Below, piece by piece: positions 27,319-36,620 of a stretch of 64,000 bases of DNA. Source of the stretch: Vicinamibacteraceae bacterium (GTDB taxonomy: Bacteria; Planctomycetota; Phycisphaerae; Phycisphaerales; UBA5793); assembly GCA_011525805.1 (NCBI GenBank), contig WYBR01000059.1:3386-67385 (forward strand), read 5' to 3'. Numbering within the stretch: position 1 is the first letter of the stretch; each line of letters starts with the position of its first letter. Below the pieces are notes generated by a model. The model searched no databases and was not told where the DNA came from. It was given only the letters and a program-made list of their open reading frames with translations. The translations under genes and the position numbers were made by a program.

Positions 27319-28221
27319 CTAACCCGCCTTGCGCAGGCGGCGAAGTTGCGCCTCCTGCTGCATCGTCACGCAGCGGCGGATCTGGTCGGTGATGAACTTC
27401 TGGTGCCCGCGGTTGTGGCCGAACTCGAACGCCAGGCCGCAGTAGGTCTTCTGGCTCGAATCGATGTGCGTATGCACGAGTTTGGCCGTCACCGCCAGCG
27501 GGACCGCGATCTCGGGCGGCAGGGCGATGCTCAGCCAGAAGGTGCGGTGGCGGGTGAGGGCCTGGGCGTCGCCTGGCTCGACGACGAGGCCGATGCCGCC
27601 CCCGCCGATGTTGGCGAGGGTGGCGCGGAAGGCCGGGCCGACCTCGGGCATGGTGAGGTGCTCATCGACGTTCTCGAAGTCCGCCGCCTCCTGCGGATTC
27701 TGCGAGGCGAGGACGCGCATCTCGTTGGCCTTCTCCGCGAGGACCACCGAGTCGGGGTTGAGCAGCGGCCAGCACGTCACTTTCGGCAGGACGAGTTCGG
27801 TGGTGGAGACGCGGTAGAAGTTGCGCCTCCGGCAGCGTTCGACGCGCTCCGGACAGGCGATGCGCAGCGCGCTGATCGTCCGGCCGACGATCGTGACTTC
27901 CGCGGCGCCGAGGACGCGGGTGGTGAACATCCAGCGGTTCTGTCCGACGGCCATGACGGCGACGAGTTCGACCCCCTTGGCCAGGGTCATCGTCTCGCCG
28001 AGGGCCATGGGCTGTTCGAGGAAGATTTCCTCGTCGGTCAGACGGAGAATGCGGACGCGCCAGATGAGGTTGCAGGTGGCGTCATCGGCGGGGCTTGCCT
28101 CACCGGGGCCGGCGTCGCCGGTCCGAGCGCGGGGGAAGGAGATTTCGAGGCCCCCGCCGCGCTCGAAGATCTGTTCGAGGCTTCGTCGCCACTGTTCGTT
28201 TCGAAGGCGATTGGCGGGCAC
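27319..28221 (-). CDS. YcgR-like PilZ-domain c-di-GMP receptor
   Basis: PilZ signatures RRRNFYRV and NIGGGGIGL, preceded by a PilZN-like region. Start uncertain: I chose the GTG at 28221 because the track ORF start at 28494 overlaps the upstream gene end. Confidence 0.75.
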   Translation of the reverse strand: MPANRLRNEQWRRSLEQIFERGGGLEISFPRARTGDAGPGEASPADDATCNLIWRVRILRLTDEEIFLEQPMALGETMTLAKGVELVAVMAVGQNRWMFTTRVLGAAEVTIVGRTISALRIACPERVERCRRRNFYRVSTTELVLPKVTCWPLLNPDSVVLAEKANEMRVLASQNPQEAADFENVDEHLTMPEVGPAFRATLANIGGGGIGLVVEPGDAQALTRHRTFWLSIALPPEIAVPLAVTAKLVHTHIDSSQKTYCGLAFEFGHNRGHQKFITDQIRRCVTMQQEAQLRRLRKAG

Positions 28222-28367
28222 GCGGCGTTCCCCTCCGTGGTGCGGACCGCCGGCGCAGCGCGCGTGGGGGCGCGACGGTCTCCTGCGGGAGTATCGGCGT
28301 TTGGGGCCTCGACTTGAGGCGGGCCCGCACGCGCGGGCCAGGAGGACACGGCGAAGCGGCGCGGTCG

Positions 28368-29402
28368 TCAGTCGTGATCCGCGCCGTCCGGTAACGCGGC
28401 GGCCTGGCGCAATCGGGTTCGGAACCAGGCGAGGAAGCGCAGCGAAAACGGGGCGCACGAGAGCGTGTAGTGGCCGCAGAACATCTCCGTCCACTCGTGC
28501 TTCACGCCGTGCTCCTCGAACTGCGCCCGCAGCCGACGGCCGGTGTCGGTGGGGAAGGTGAAGTCATAGTGCGAGGTCAGCATCGCGCGGAGCGGGCGCG
28601 GCATGTCGCGCAGTTTCGGAACGTAGAGGTGCGCCGAGAGCGGCCGCCAGACGCGGTCGAGTTGCTCGCGCGAGATGTTCGCCTCGATGGACTTGCGGAT
28701 GTGCCGGGTGGAGATTCCCTCCATGACGCAGCGGGCGAAATCGTCTCCGCAGAGGACGCAGATGACGCCCAGCGGCCGCGGATCGAGGGTGTCGAGAATG
28801 TTGATGACGGCCGAGCCGACGCTGAACCCGGCAAGGATGATGCGGCGGTGGCCCAGTTGCCGCAGCACGCTCACGGCGTCCATGGTGTCGATGATGCTCT
28901 GCTGCATGGAGCGCATCGTGCGGCCGAGGTCGGAACAGATCAGCGCCTCGGCGTACGTCCAGCCCTCGGGCTGACGTTCGTCCTGGTAGGGCAGGCTGAT
29001 GGAGGCGCCTCCGAATCCGCACTGCTTCGCCGTGGGCAGCAGGGTCTTGAGCCGCCATCGCTGGGTGTTCCAGGCGGGGACGGCGAGGACCATCGGGCAA
29101 CCCTTGCCCAGCGGGCGATAGGCGATGTAGGCCGTGCGGTTGCGCGCTTCGCTCGTCACGCCGCGGCTCGGGAAGCGGATGAGGCCCGAATCCATCTCGA
29201 AGGGCACCTCCCCGGCCGCGCGCGGCAGGAAGCGCTGGGGGTCGGCGGCCCAGGCGTCGGCGACGCGGATGAGGCCATCAAGGTCGTCCGCGCCGCGGAT
29301 GTGCGCGAACTCATCCCTCCACCAGTCGGCCCCGACGCGATAGGGCAGCGGCACGTGGTCCCGGCCGTAGTGGTGCGCCAGGCGCACCTCCCAGTTTCGC
29401 AT
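28368..29402 (-). CDS. Alpha/beta-fold hydrolase
   Basis: The ATG at 29402 gives MRNWEVRLAHHYG. Nucleophile elbow GFSVGS. Late Asp/His candidates (HYDFTF, CGHY). Confidence 0.7.
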   Translation of the reverse strand: MRNWEVRLAHHYGRDHVPLPYRVGADWWRDEFAHIRGADDLDGLIRVADAWAADPQRFLPRAAGEVPFEMDSGLIRFPSRGVTSEARNRTAYIAYRPLGKGCPMVLAVPAWNTQRWRLKTLLPTAKQCGFGGASISLPYQDERQPEGWTYAEALICSDLGRTMRSMQQSIIDTMDAVSVLRQLGHRRIILAGFSVGSAVINILDTLDPRPLGVICVLCGDDFARCVMEGISTRHIRKSIEANISREQLDRVWRPLSAHLYVPKLRDMPRPLRAMLTSHYDFTFPTDTGRRLRAQFEEHGVKHEWTEMFCGHYTLSCAPFSLRFLAWFRTRLRQAAALPDGADHD

Positions 29403-29590
29403 GAGGCGGCTGTACAAGCGTGGGCTTCTCCCGTGCCGAACAACGACGCCATAGGGTAGGCGAATGCTCGGAAGCGCGCGGACGGGCGGCGGGGTGGACG
29501 GCGCCGCGAGCGCGCGGCCGGCGGCGACCTTCGGCGCTGGCGGCCTAACATCCGAACTGACGACCCCTCGCCCCTTGAGGACCACGCTCG

Positions 29591-29998
29591 ATGCACCTGA
29601 AGCGAGACGATCACGACCACGGCCCGAAGGAGATTCCCATCCGGTTCATCCTCGAGAACCCGGAAGAACTCGTCGCGCCCGAGCACGCCGAGCGCAAAGA
29701 GTGGGTGGTTCTGGGCGGCGTCGGCGAGAGCCTGCTTGAGGTCGCCCTCGACGCCGGAATCAACATCGAGCACTCCTGCGGCGGCGTCTGCGCCTGCTCC
29801 ACCTGCCACGTCTACATTGAGAAGGGCATGGAGCACCTGAGCGAGGCGACCGAGGCGGAGGAAGACCGCGTCGAGGAGGCGCCCGCCCTTCAGCGAAACA
29901 GCCGCCTGAGTTGCCAGTGCGAGATTCTCCGCAAGGGGGAGATCCAGGTGCGCGTGCCGGCGTGGAACCGCAACGCGATCAAGGAAGTGCCGCATTGA
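29591..29998 (+). CDS. fdx: 2Fe-2S ferredoxin, ISC/adrenodoxin type
   Basis: Cys ligands in IEHSCGGVCACSTCHV and NSRLSCQ. Aligns by eye with E. coli Fdx. Confidence 0.88.
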   Translation: MHLKRDDHDHGPKEIPIRFILENPEELVAPEHAERKEWVVLGGVGESLLEVALDAGINIEHSCGGVCACSTCHVYIEKGMEHLSEATEAEEDRVEEAPALQRNSRLSCQCEILRKGEIQVRVPAWNRNAIKEVPH

Positions 29999-30075
29999 GT
30001 TGAGCCGCGGTCCCCGAAGCCCACGTTCATTGAACGTGGGCTTCAGGGGCGGCGCGGACGCACGAATCCCCGACC

Positions 30076-30309
30076 ATGAACGACACGCTCCACTGGCTCG
30101 ACGTTGAGGACATCGCGGAGGAACTCGAGGAAGCGCACCGCGAGGTGGATCCGCTGCGCCTGGGCTTTCCCACGCTGCGGGCGCTGGTGGAGGCGCTGCC
30201 GAACTTCGCCGAGCGGCCGGGCCACCCGTGCAACGAGCGCATTCTCGAAACGATCCAGGCGCACTGGATCGAGTTGCGCGGCGGCGCGCCGGCGGGCGAC
30301 GACGACTGA
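30076..30309 (+). CDS. iscX: Fe-S assembly protein IscX
   Basis: 77 aa following the IscX pattern W.D...I.E.L....DP...F..L.......F...P...NE.ILE.I...W.E. Confidence 0.8.
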   Translation: MNDTLHWLDVEDIAEELEEAHREVDPLRLGFPTLRALVEALPNFAERPGHPCNERILETIQAHWIELRGGAPAGDDD

Positions 30310-30321
30310 TTCACTGGTGGT

Positions 30322-30423
30322 GTGGCATGGCGTCGCGCTTCGCGTCGCTATGCCATGAGCGCAAGTGTGCTCGAACGCAGTTGCCCGCACGGCATAGCCA
30401 GGCGAAGCGCCAGGCCATGCCAC
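30322..30423. repeat. Long near-perfect hairpin related to repeat family 1
   Basis: Arm gtggcatggcgtcgcgcttcgcgtcgctatgcc (30322..30354). The arm at 30391..30423 reverse-complements to gtggcatggcctggcgcttcgcctggctatgcc (4 mismatches in 33). 36-nt spacer. Confidence 0.75.
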
Positions 30424-30453
30424 CCACGCGGCGCTCCGTCATACCATCACTCG

Positions 30454-31299
30454 ATGTTTCCTGTTCGATTCACGATCCTCGGCTCGGGCACTTCGGCGGG
30501 GGTGCCGGTCATCGGCTGCGAATGCACCGTCTGCACCTCGCCGGACCCGCGCGATCAGCGCACGCGAAGCGGCGCATGCGTCGAGTTCGTCGATCGTGAA
30601 GGCCTGCCGCGCGTCGTGCTCCTCGACGCCTCGCCGGACCTGCGCTTCCAGGCGCTCCGCCAGCGCCTCAGCCGCTGCGACGCGATTCTCTTCACGCACC
30701 ATCACGTTGACCACGTCTTCGGCCTTGACGAGGTGCGCCGGTTCAACGCGGTGATGGAAGCGCCGATCGACATCTACGCCGAGCCGCACACCCTCGAAAA
30801 TCTTCAGCGCGTCTACCGGCACATCTTCGAGTCGCACAAAAACGTCAACCCGAGTTTCGTGGCCACGCTGATTCCGAAACTCATCGAGCCGCAGCGCCCG
30901 CTGGACCTGCACGGCCTGCGCTTCACGCCGCTGCGGCTGATGCACGGCCGGCTGCCGATCGTGGGCTTTCGCATCGACCGCACCGGGCCGAGCGAAACGA
31001 TCGACGTGGACGATCCGCTGCCGCTGGCGTACTGCACGGACGTTTCATCGATCCCGCCGGAGACCTGGCCGGCGCTGCGCGGCCTCAAGACGCTCTTTCT
31101 TGATGCGCTGCGCTACCGGCACCATCCCACCCATTTCACCGTCGATCAGGCGATCGAGGCGGCGCAGCGCATCGAGGCGAGCCAGACCTACCTCGTCCAC
31201 ATGACGCACGACATCATGCACAAGGACCTCGAATCGCAACTTCCCGAACGCATCGGGCTGAGTTACGACGGCCTGTGTGTCGGCCGGATCGCGACATAG
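30454..31299 (+). CDS. MBL-fold metallo-hydrolase, PhnP-like
   Basis: The ATG at 30454 gives MFPVRFTILGSGTSAGVPVIGCEC. HHHVDH motif. Confidence 0.8.
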   Translation: MFPVRFTILGSGTSAGVPVIGCECTVCTSPDPRDQRTRSGACVEFVDREGLPRVVLLDASPDLRFQALRQRLSRCDAILFTHHHVDHVFGLDEVRRFNAVMEAPIDIYAEPHTLENLQRVYRHIFESHKNVNPSFVATLIPKLIEPQRPLDLHGLRFTPLRLMHGRLPIVGFRIDRTGPSETIDVDDPLPLAYCTDVSSIPPETWPALRGLKTLFLDALRYRHHPTHFTVDQAIEAAQRIEASQTYLVHMTHDIMHKDLESQLPERIGLSYDGLCVGRIAT

Positions 31300-31357
31300 G
31301 CCGGGGAGGCGCGGCGGGCGCGACGCCGGCGGCGGACCGATCGCGTACACTCGTGCG

Positions 31358-32422
31358 ATGCTGCGCATCGGCCCATTCTCGACGGACTGCCGCGTGCTGC
31401 TCGCTCCGATCGCGGGGTACACCGACCTCGCGTTCCGGCTGGTGTGCCGCGCCGCGGGGCACCGCGGCCTCGCCTACACCGAACTCCTCCACAGCCGCGG
31501 CGTGCTCGAGCAGAACCGCGACAGCCTCGAGATCGCCCGCGTGAGCGAGGAGGACCGGCCCTTCGGCGTGCAGTTGTACGGCAACGACGCGGACTGGTTC
31601 TGCCGCGCCGCGCATCGGGCCGAGGGACTCGGCGCAACCCTCATCGACATCAACATGGGCTGCCCCGTCGACAAGGTCACCAAGACCAACGGCGGGTCAA
31701 TGCTCCTGTGCGATCCCGATCGCACCACGCGCATGGCCGAGCGCATCGTGCGGTCCGTGCGCGTCCCGATTACCGCGAAACTGCGGCTGGGCTGGAGCGA
31801 GTGCCGCATCACCGCTCCGCGGCTGGCGCGGCAACTCGAGAGTGTCGGCGTGCAACTCATCACGATCCACGGCCGCACGACGGCGCAGCGCTTCAAGGGC
31901 GCCGCGAATCTCGACGGCATCGCCGAGGTCGTTGCGGCCGTCGAACGCATCCCCGTCATCGGCAACGGAGACGTCGATTCGCCGCAGGCGGCCAGGCGCA
32001 TGATCGCCCACACCCGCTGCGCCGGCGTCATGGTGGCGCGCGCCGCGATCAAGCGCCCCTGGGTGCTGCGCGAGATTCAAGAGTCACTCGCGACGGGCCG
32101 CACACCGCCCGAGCCGACCGTCCTCGAAAGGATTCGGCTCATCCGGCTGCACTTCGATCTCATGCGGCGCTACCGCGGGGATCGGATGGCGATGATCGTC
32201 ATGCGCGGGCGGATCGCGGCCTATGGGACGACGCTCGGGCACGTCAAACCTTTCAAGGAGCGCGTTCGCCTCATGGCCGAGCCGGGCGACTTCGACGCGG
32301 CGATGGACGACCTCGAGCGGGCCGTCGATCCCCAGTGGCACGTCGTTCCACTCTGGGCGTTCGCGGGCCGGGAAGGCGCACAGGAACCCCTTGAGACGGC
32401 GGGAAACGAGGCGGGCGTTTGA
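31358..32422 (+). CDS. dus: tRNA-dihydrouridine synthase
   Basis: The ATG at 31358 gives MLRIGPF..LLAPIAGYTDLAFR. DINMGCP catalytic Cys region; ITIHGRT; GNGDV. Confidence 0.9.
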   Translation: MLRIGPFSTDCRVLLAPIAGYTDLAFRLVCRAAGHRGLAYTELLHSRGVLEQNRDSLEIARVSEEDRPFGVQLYGNDADWFCRAAHRAEGLGATLIDINMGCPVDKVTKTNGGSMLLCDPDRTTRMAERIVRSVRVPITAKLRLGWSECRITAPRLARQLESVGVQLITIHGRTTAQRFKGAANLDGIAEVVAAVERIPVIGNGDVDSPQAARRMIAHTRCAGVMVARAAIKRPWVLREIQESLATGRTPPEPTVLERIRLIRLHFDLMRRYRGDRMAMIVMRGRIAAYGTTLGHVKPFKERVRLMAEPGDFDAAMDDLERAVDPQWHVVPLWAFAGREGAQEPLETAGNEAGV

Positions 32423-32518
32423 CCCGGCCGGCGCGGGCCGGTCGATTGTGCCGCGCGGCAGTCGAATAATCGCCCTGCGGTGGCCCGCCTGAAGTTCAGA
32501 TCGTCGCTGGTTCTCAAG

Positions 32519-33394
32519 ATGCGTCTTCGGGCCTTCTGGCTGCGCACGATCGAGTCGGGCCGGGACCCGGGCATCGAGATCAAGCCCTTCATCCTCACGG
32601 GCCCGCCGCGGAGCGGGACCAGCCTGCTCACGGCACTGCTGACGCGCAAGGGCAACGTGCTGGTCGCCAACGAGCCGGTGGTGGTGGGCGATCCGCTGCT
32701 GGCTCGGGGCAAGCCGGCGCGCCTCCTGCGGGGCTACATCCACTCGCTGGCGCGGCAGGCGGTGCAGCGCGGCACCATGCCCACCAAGGTCGATCGGCGC
32801 GATCCCTCGCGCCCCACCACCGACACCGCGCACCACGGCGCCACCCGCCGCGACGTCGCCGTCCGCATCGACCGCGCGCGGCCGCTGTGCGTCGGCGTCA
32901 AGCACCCCATCTCCTTCATGGAGTACCTCGGCGAACTCGTCCATGGCTGGTCGCAACTCAAGGTCATCGTCCTGGCGCGCGACCCCGTGCTGACGATTCG
33001 CTCGTGGCGCGAGACGACCTACGGCTGGCAGCCGGGTCTCGACGATCCGGGCAAGGGGCTCTGGCGGCGCATGTACGCCGAGATTCCCGCCGACGTTTCT
33101 CCTCTCGAAAAGCGAGCGCACCTTTGGAACCTCCTCGTCGAGCGCGGCGAGAAGTACGCCGCGAGCCATCCTTCGCAGGTGCGCCTGCTGCGCTACGAGA
33201 CGCTCCTGGCCGATCCCGCGGCCACGATGCGCGCCCTGTTCGCACACATCGGCGCCGACCGGCCCGAAGAGCCCATCGACGTCTCCGACGTGCGGCCGCA
33301 GGAGCACGCCTCCTACAAGGGCTTCAGCGAAGACGAGGTGCAGATGATCCAGCGCCTCTGCGGCCCAACCGACCGCCGCACCCGCGGGGCGTAA
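32519..33394 (+). CDS. Sulfotransferase-family protein
   Basis: ATG at 32519 (the track start at 32480 is a GTG). PAPS-binding-type loop LTGPPRSGTSLL. Later RDP..T..SW region. Confidence 0.65.
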   Translation: MRLRAFWLRTIESGRDPGIEIKPFILTGPPRSGTSLLTALLTRKGNVLVANEPVVVGDPLLARGKPARLLRGYIHSLARQAVQRGTMPTKVDRRDPSRPTTDTAHHGATRRDVAVRIDRARPLCVGVKHPISFMEYLGELVHGWSQLKVIVLARDPVLTIRSWRETTYGWQPGLDDPGKGLWRRMYAEIPADVSPLEKRAHLWNLLVERGEKYAASHPSQVRLLRYETLLADPAATMRALFAHIGADRPEEPIDVSDVRPQEHASYKGFSEDEVQMIQRLCGPTDRRTRGA

Positions 33395-33447
33395 ACGAAT
33401 GTCAAATGAAGCGGCGCGAGAGCCGTCGCGCGGCGGGCGACCGTGGC

Positions 33448-34341
33448 TCAGGTCCCGAGGCTCTCGCCACCCACGGTGACCAGGGTCGAGCGCCAGGCTT
33501 CGCTCCCCCAACGCACGCGGCCGCGCTCGATCCAGAAGAACTCGACGGTGCGCGAGTGGTACATGTCGCCTCGGCGATAGATGCGAAACGGCAGGCCGAG
33601 CGCCTCCGCCTCGGTGCAGGCGGCGAGGTAAAGCGTCTCAGGGATGGCGAGGTCGAGTTCGTTCTCCGACCCCCCGCGGCCGATGGGCAGGAACTGGTAC
33701 AGGTGCCAGGCGTGGACGTTGCCGCCAAGGCGGACGTAGCGGCGCAGGAACTCCCCCACCGCCGCGACGTGCTCGACGTTGTGCCGCGTGATGACCGTCG
33801 AGATGGTGACGGACTTTCCGACCCGGCGCAAGGCGTCAAGTCGGTCCATGATGATCGCGTGATGCCGGCGGCGATAGAGGCGCATCGCGTTGTGCGGCCC
33901 GGGCTCGACGGATTCCAGGGGCAGGACGTAGCGATCGAAGGCGTCGGCAGACTCGAAGCCCTCCGGCAGCGCCACGCCGTTGGTCCCGACCTGCATGAGC
34001 AGCCCCAGCGAGCGCCCGTAGCGCCCCAGCGCCATCACGTCGTGCGGCCAGTCGAAAGGCTCGCCTCCGCCGAGGACGACGGAGCGCACGGTCCCGCCGG
34101 CCTTGAGCGCACCGAGCAGCGCCGCTCCCTGCTCGAAGGTCATGGCGCTGAAGTTGTCTTCCGTGATACAGAAGGTGCAGTGCATGTTGCACCGCGGTTG
34201 AAGGAAGATGACGGCGACGCGCGGCCCGGCGGCGGCGGGCAGGTCGATCGTCCCCAACTCGCTCGCCGCATCATGGGCGCTGCCGGCATGGCCTGTCTGA
34301 TTCGCTTTCACGTCGACTCCCGCCGAGGGCCAGACAATCAC
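33448..34341 (-). CDS. Radical SAM enzyme, unknown subfamily
   Basis: CNMHCTFC (C-x3-C-x2-C) followed by GGGEP. No SPASM-type extra Cys cluster seen. GTG start, position uncertain. Confidence 0.8.
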   Translation of the reverse strand: MIVWPSAGVDVKANQTGHAGSAHDAASELGTIDLPAAAGPRVAVIFLQPRCNMHCTFCITEDNFSAMTFEQGAALLGALKAGGTVRSVVLGGGEPFDWPHDVMALGRYGRSLGLLMQVGTNGVALPEGFESADAFDRYVLPLESVEPGPHNAMRLYRRRHHAIIMDRLDALRRVGKSVTISTVITRHNVEHVAAVGEFLRRYVRLGGNVHAWHLYQFLPIGRGGSENELDLAIPETLYLAACTEAEALGLPFRIYRRGDMYHSRTVEFFWIERGRVRWGSEAWRSTLVTVGGESLGT

Positions 34342-34422
34342 GCTGAATGATGCTCATTATTCGCCGCGCGGCCAGTGCGGGACTTGCCTTGGTCTGGCGG
34401 CGGCGCGCGAATACGCTCTGGC

Positions 34423-35199
34423 GTGAGCGATGCAGCAGACCCGTTGACGTACTTTTCAGGCCTGGCGGATGACTACGCGGCCCACCGACCCTCCTACCCG
34501 GCGGAGGCGATCGCGGCGATTCTCGAGGGCCTGCCGAAGGCCCCGCGCGTGGCGGACGTGGGGTGCGGAACGGGCATCGCCTCGACCCTCCTTGCCGAGG
34601 CCGGCGCGGCCGTGACCGGCATCGAACCCAACGAGGAGATGCGCCGCCGGGCCGTCGACCGCCGCCCGCCGCGCCTCGCGCCGCGGCTGGAGTACCGCTT
34701 CGGCACGGCGGAGCAGACGGGATTGCCCGATGCGGCCGTGGACGCGATCGTCTGCGCCCAGTCCTTTCACTGGTTCGACGTCGAGCCGGCGCTGCGGGAG
34801 TTTCGCCGCATCCTGCGCCCGGGCGGACGCCTGGCGCTCATGTGGAACATCCGCGTGTCGAAGAGCGAGTTCGACCGCATCTATGCCGAAACGGTCGTTC
34901 AGGCGCAGGAGGATGCCAAGCGGCGCGGCCGTCTGCTGCGGCGCGACTACGGCGTGGACCTGAGCGAACTCGGCCCGCTCTTTCGCGGCGCTCGACGGCT
35001 TACCTGGCCGAATCCCCAGGTCTGCACGCTCAGCGCCCTGCTCGGAAAGGCGCGCAGCGCTTCGTACTTTCCCAGAGAAGGGCCGCTCGTCGATGAACTG
35101 CTCGGTCGGCTGACCGAGGCGTTTCACGCGCACCAGCGCGATGGCGTGGTGACGGTGAACCAGGAGTGCAGCCTCACCCTCGCCGAGCGCGCGGACTGA
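34423..35199 (+). CDS. Class I SAM-dependent methyltransferase
   Basis: VADVGCGTGIAS motif I; RPGGRLAL motif. Start is a GTG at 34423 or 34375. Confidence 0.8.
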   Translation: MSDAADPLTYFSGLADDYAAHRPSYPAEAIAAILEGLPKAPRVADVGCGTGIASTLLAEAGAAVTGIEPNEEMRRRAVDRRPPRLAPRLEYRFGTAEQTGLPDAAVDAIVCAQSFHWFDVEPALREFRRILRPGGRLALMWNIRVSKSEFDRIYAETVVQAQEDAKRRGRLLRRDYGVDLSELGPLFRGARRLTWPNPQVCTLSALLGKARSASYFPREGPLVDELLGRLTEAFHAHQRDGVVTVNQECSLTLAERAD

Positions 35200-35218
35200 T
35201 CATTACGCCCGCCCCCGC

Positions 35219-35458
35219 TCACCAGCGGCAGGCCCGGCAGCGGCAGCCGGGGCCGTGGTGATGCCAGTACCGGTAGTGATGGTGATGGCGGTAGTAGTGA
35301 TCGTGATGATGGATGCTCCGGCCGTAGGAGCCGCGATAGTAAATGTGCGAACTCGAAGAACACCCGCCCGCCGACGCCGACGACGCCAGAAGCATGACGG
35401 CGAGGGCGGAGGCGCCGAGCACCCGGCCGACGCGACGGTTGAGAGCGTGAAGCGACAT
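35219..35458 (-). CDS. Secreted (possibly lipidated) His/Tyr/Arg-rich mini-protein
   Basis: The ATG at 35458 gives MSLHALNRRVGRVLGASALAVMLLASSASAGGC (signal peptide with a possible lipobox Cys). Mature part: SSSSHIYYRGSYGRSIHHHDHYYRHHHHYRYWHHHGPGCRCRACRW. Confidence 0.55.
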   Translation of the reverse strand: MSLHALNRRVGRVLGASALAVMLLASSASAGGCSSSSHIYYRGSYGRSIHHHDHYYRHHHHYRYWHHHGPGCRCRACRW

Positions 35459-35618
35459 GACAACCTCCCCGCGAACGCGGATTCGGCGCTGCTGGCCGCC
35501 CGGAATCAGCCGGACGCACCGGCGCCCGTTCAGTGGGACGCTCCCCACGTCGCTCTATTCCACGCAATCCGCTGTGAATCCACTTCACGCGGCTGGTCGC
35601 GAGGCCATCTTGCTCGCG

Positions 35619-36131
35619 TCAGAAGCCCTCGGCAAACATCCAGACAAGCAAGGCGCCCCAGGCGAGAGTGAGCAGTCCGCCGAGGATGATGCCGACCCAG
35701 GCGTGGATGGCCCCCTTGATCTCCGGCTTGCGGCGGTAGCGCATGAAGCCGATGATGCCGAGGATGACCGCGGCGACGCCGAGCAGGGCGCCGATGCCCG
35801 GGATGAGCGCGAAGATGCCGCAGTAGTAGGCGATGAGGGCGGGAGGATTCGCGTAGGGGATCAGGGCCGACGCCCCGCCTGCGGGTACCGCTGCCGCCGT
35901 GAACGGCATGGTCGGCGGCGCCTTGAGGAGCCGCGCCAGCCTCGGCTCGGCAAAGACGCTGCGAACCCGCGAAGGGTCGGCGGTTTCGACGAGCAGGCCG
36001 TCGTGGGGCACCCGTCCCTGTCGCGCCCACTCTTCCAGCAGGTTGAGATCAGCCGGGCCGAACTCCCCCCCGTCGCCGAGGCGAAGCATCCAGGTCGGGG
36101 CCGGTTGAGCGGCGGTCGTCGGCTGCTCCAT
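35619..36131 (-). CDS. GYF-like N-terminal domain plus DUF4190-like membrane domain protein
   Basis: ATG at 36131. WMLRLGDGGEFGPADLNLLEEWARQGRV (GYF_2-like), then two TM segments and an RYRRKPEIKG loop. Confidence 0.7.
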   Translation of the reverse strand: MEQPTTAAQPAPTWMLRLGDGGEFGPADLNLLEEWARQGRVPHDGLLVETADPSRVRSVFAEPRLARLLKAPPTMPFTAAAVPAGGASALIPYANPPALIAYYCGIFALIPGIGALLGVAAVILGIIGFMRYRRKPEIKGAIHAWVGIILGGLLTLAWGALLVWMFAEGF

Positions 36132-36265
36132 GCGGGGAGTATGCCCGCTGCCCGGCGCGGGGTCAAGTGGGATTATTTGACAAATCCTGCCGCAGCGTTC
36201 GATATGGGCCAAGGTGAGCCGCTGCCGGCAGCGGCTCCGTCCCTTCACTTCCAAGGAACGCCTGC

Positions 36266-36586
36266 ATGTCCCAGTACCCACCTCAAGCGTCCGGTCCGCC
36301 CGGGTCATACGGCTCAATGCGCCCTCACCGCGGCGCACTCGTCCTTGTGCTCGGCATTCTCGGGTTGCTGCTGTGCGTCATCCTCGGCATCATCGCCTGG
36401 GTGATGGGCAACGGCGACCTGCGCCAGATGGATGCCGGAGTGATGGACCCGGCGGGCCGCGGCCTCACCCAGGCGGGCCGGATCCTCGGCATGATCTCCT
36501 GCATCCTCGCGATTCTCGGCATTGCAATCTGGGTGATCTTCGTGGGACTGGCGGTCATCGGCGCGGCCGCGAGCGGTGGGCCCTGA
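36266..36586 (+). CDS. DUF4190-like small membrane protein
   Basis: 106 aa. HRGALVLVLGILGLLLCVILGIIAWVMGNGDL...AGRILGMISCILAILGIAIWV. Confidence 0.7.
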   Translation: MSQYPPQASGPPGSYGSMRPHRGALVLVLGILGLLLCVILGIIAWVMGNGDLRQMDAGVMDPAGRGLTQAGRILGMISCILAILGIAIWVIFVGLAVIGAAASGGP

Positions 36587-36620
36587 GGCGATCGACACTC
36601 CCCTTCCCAATCGCGATGAC

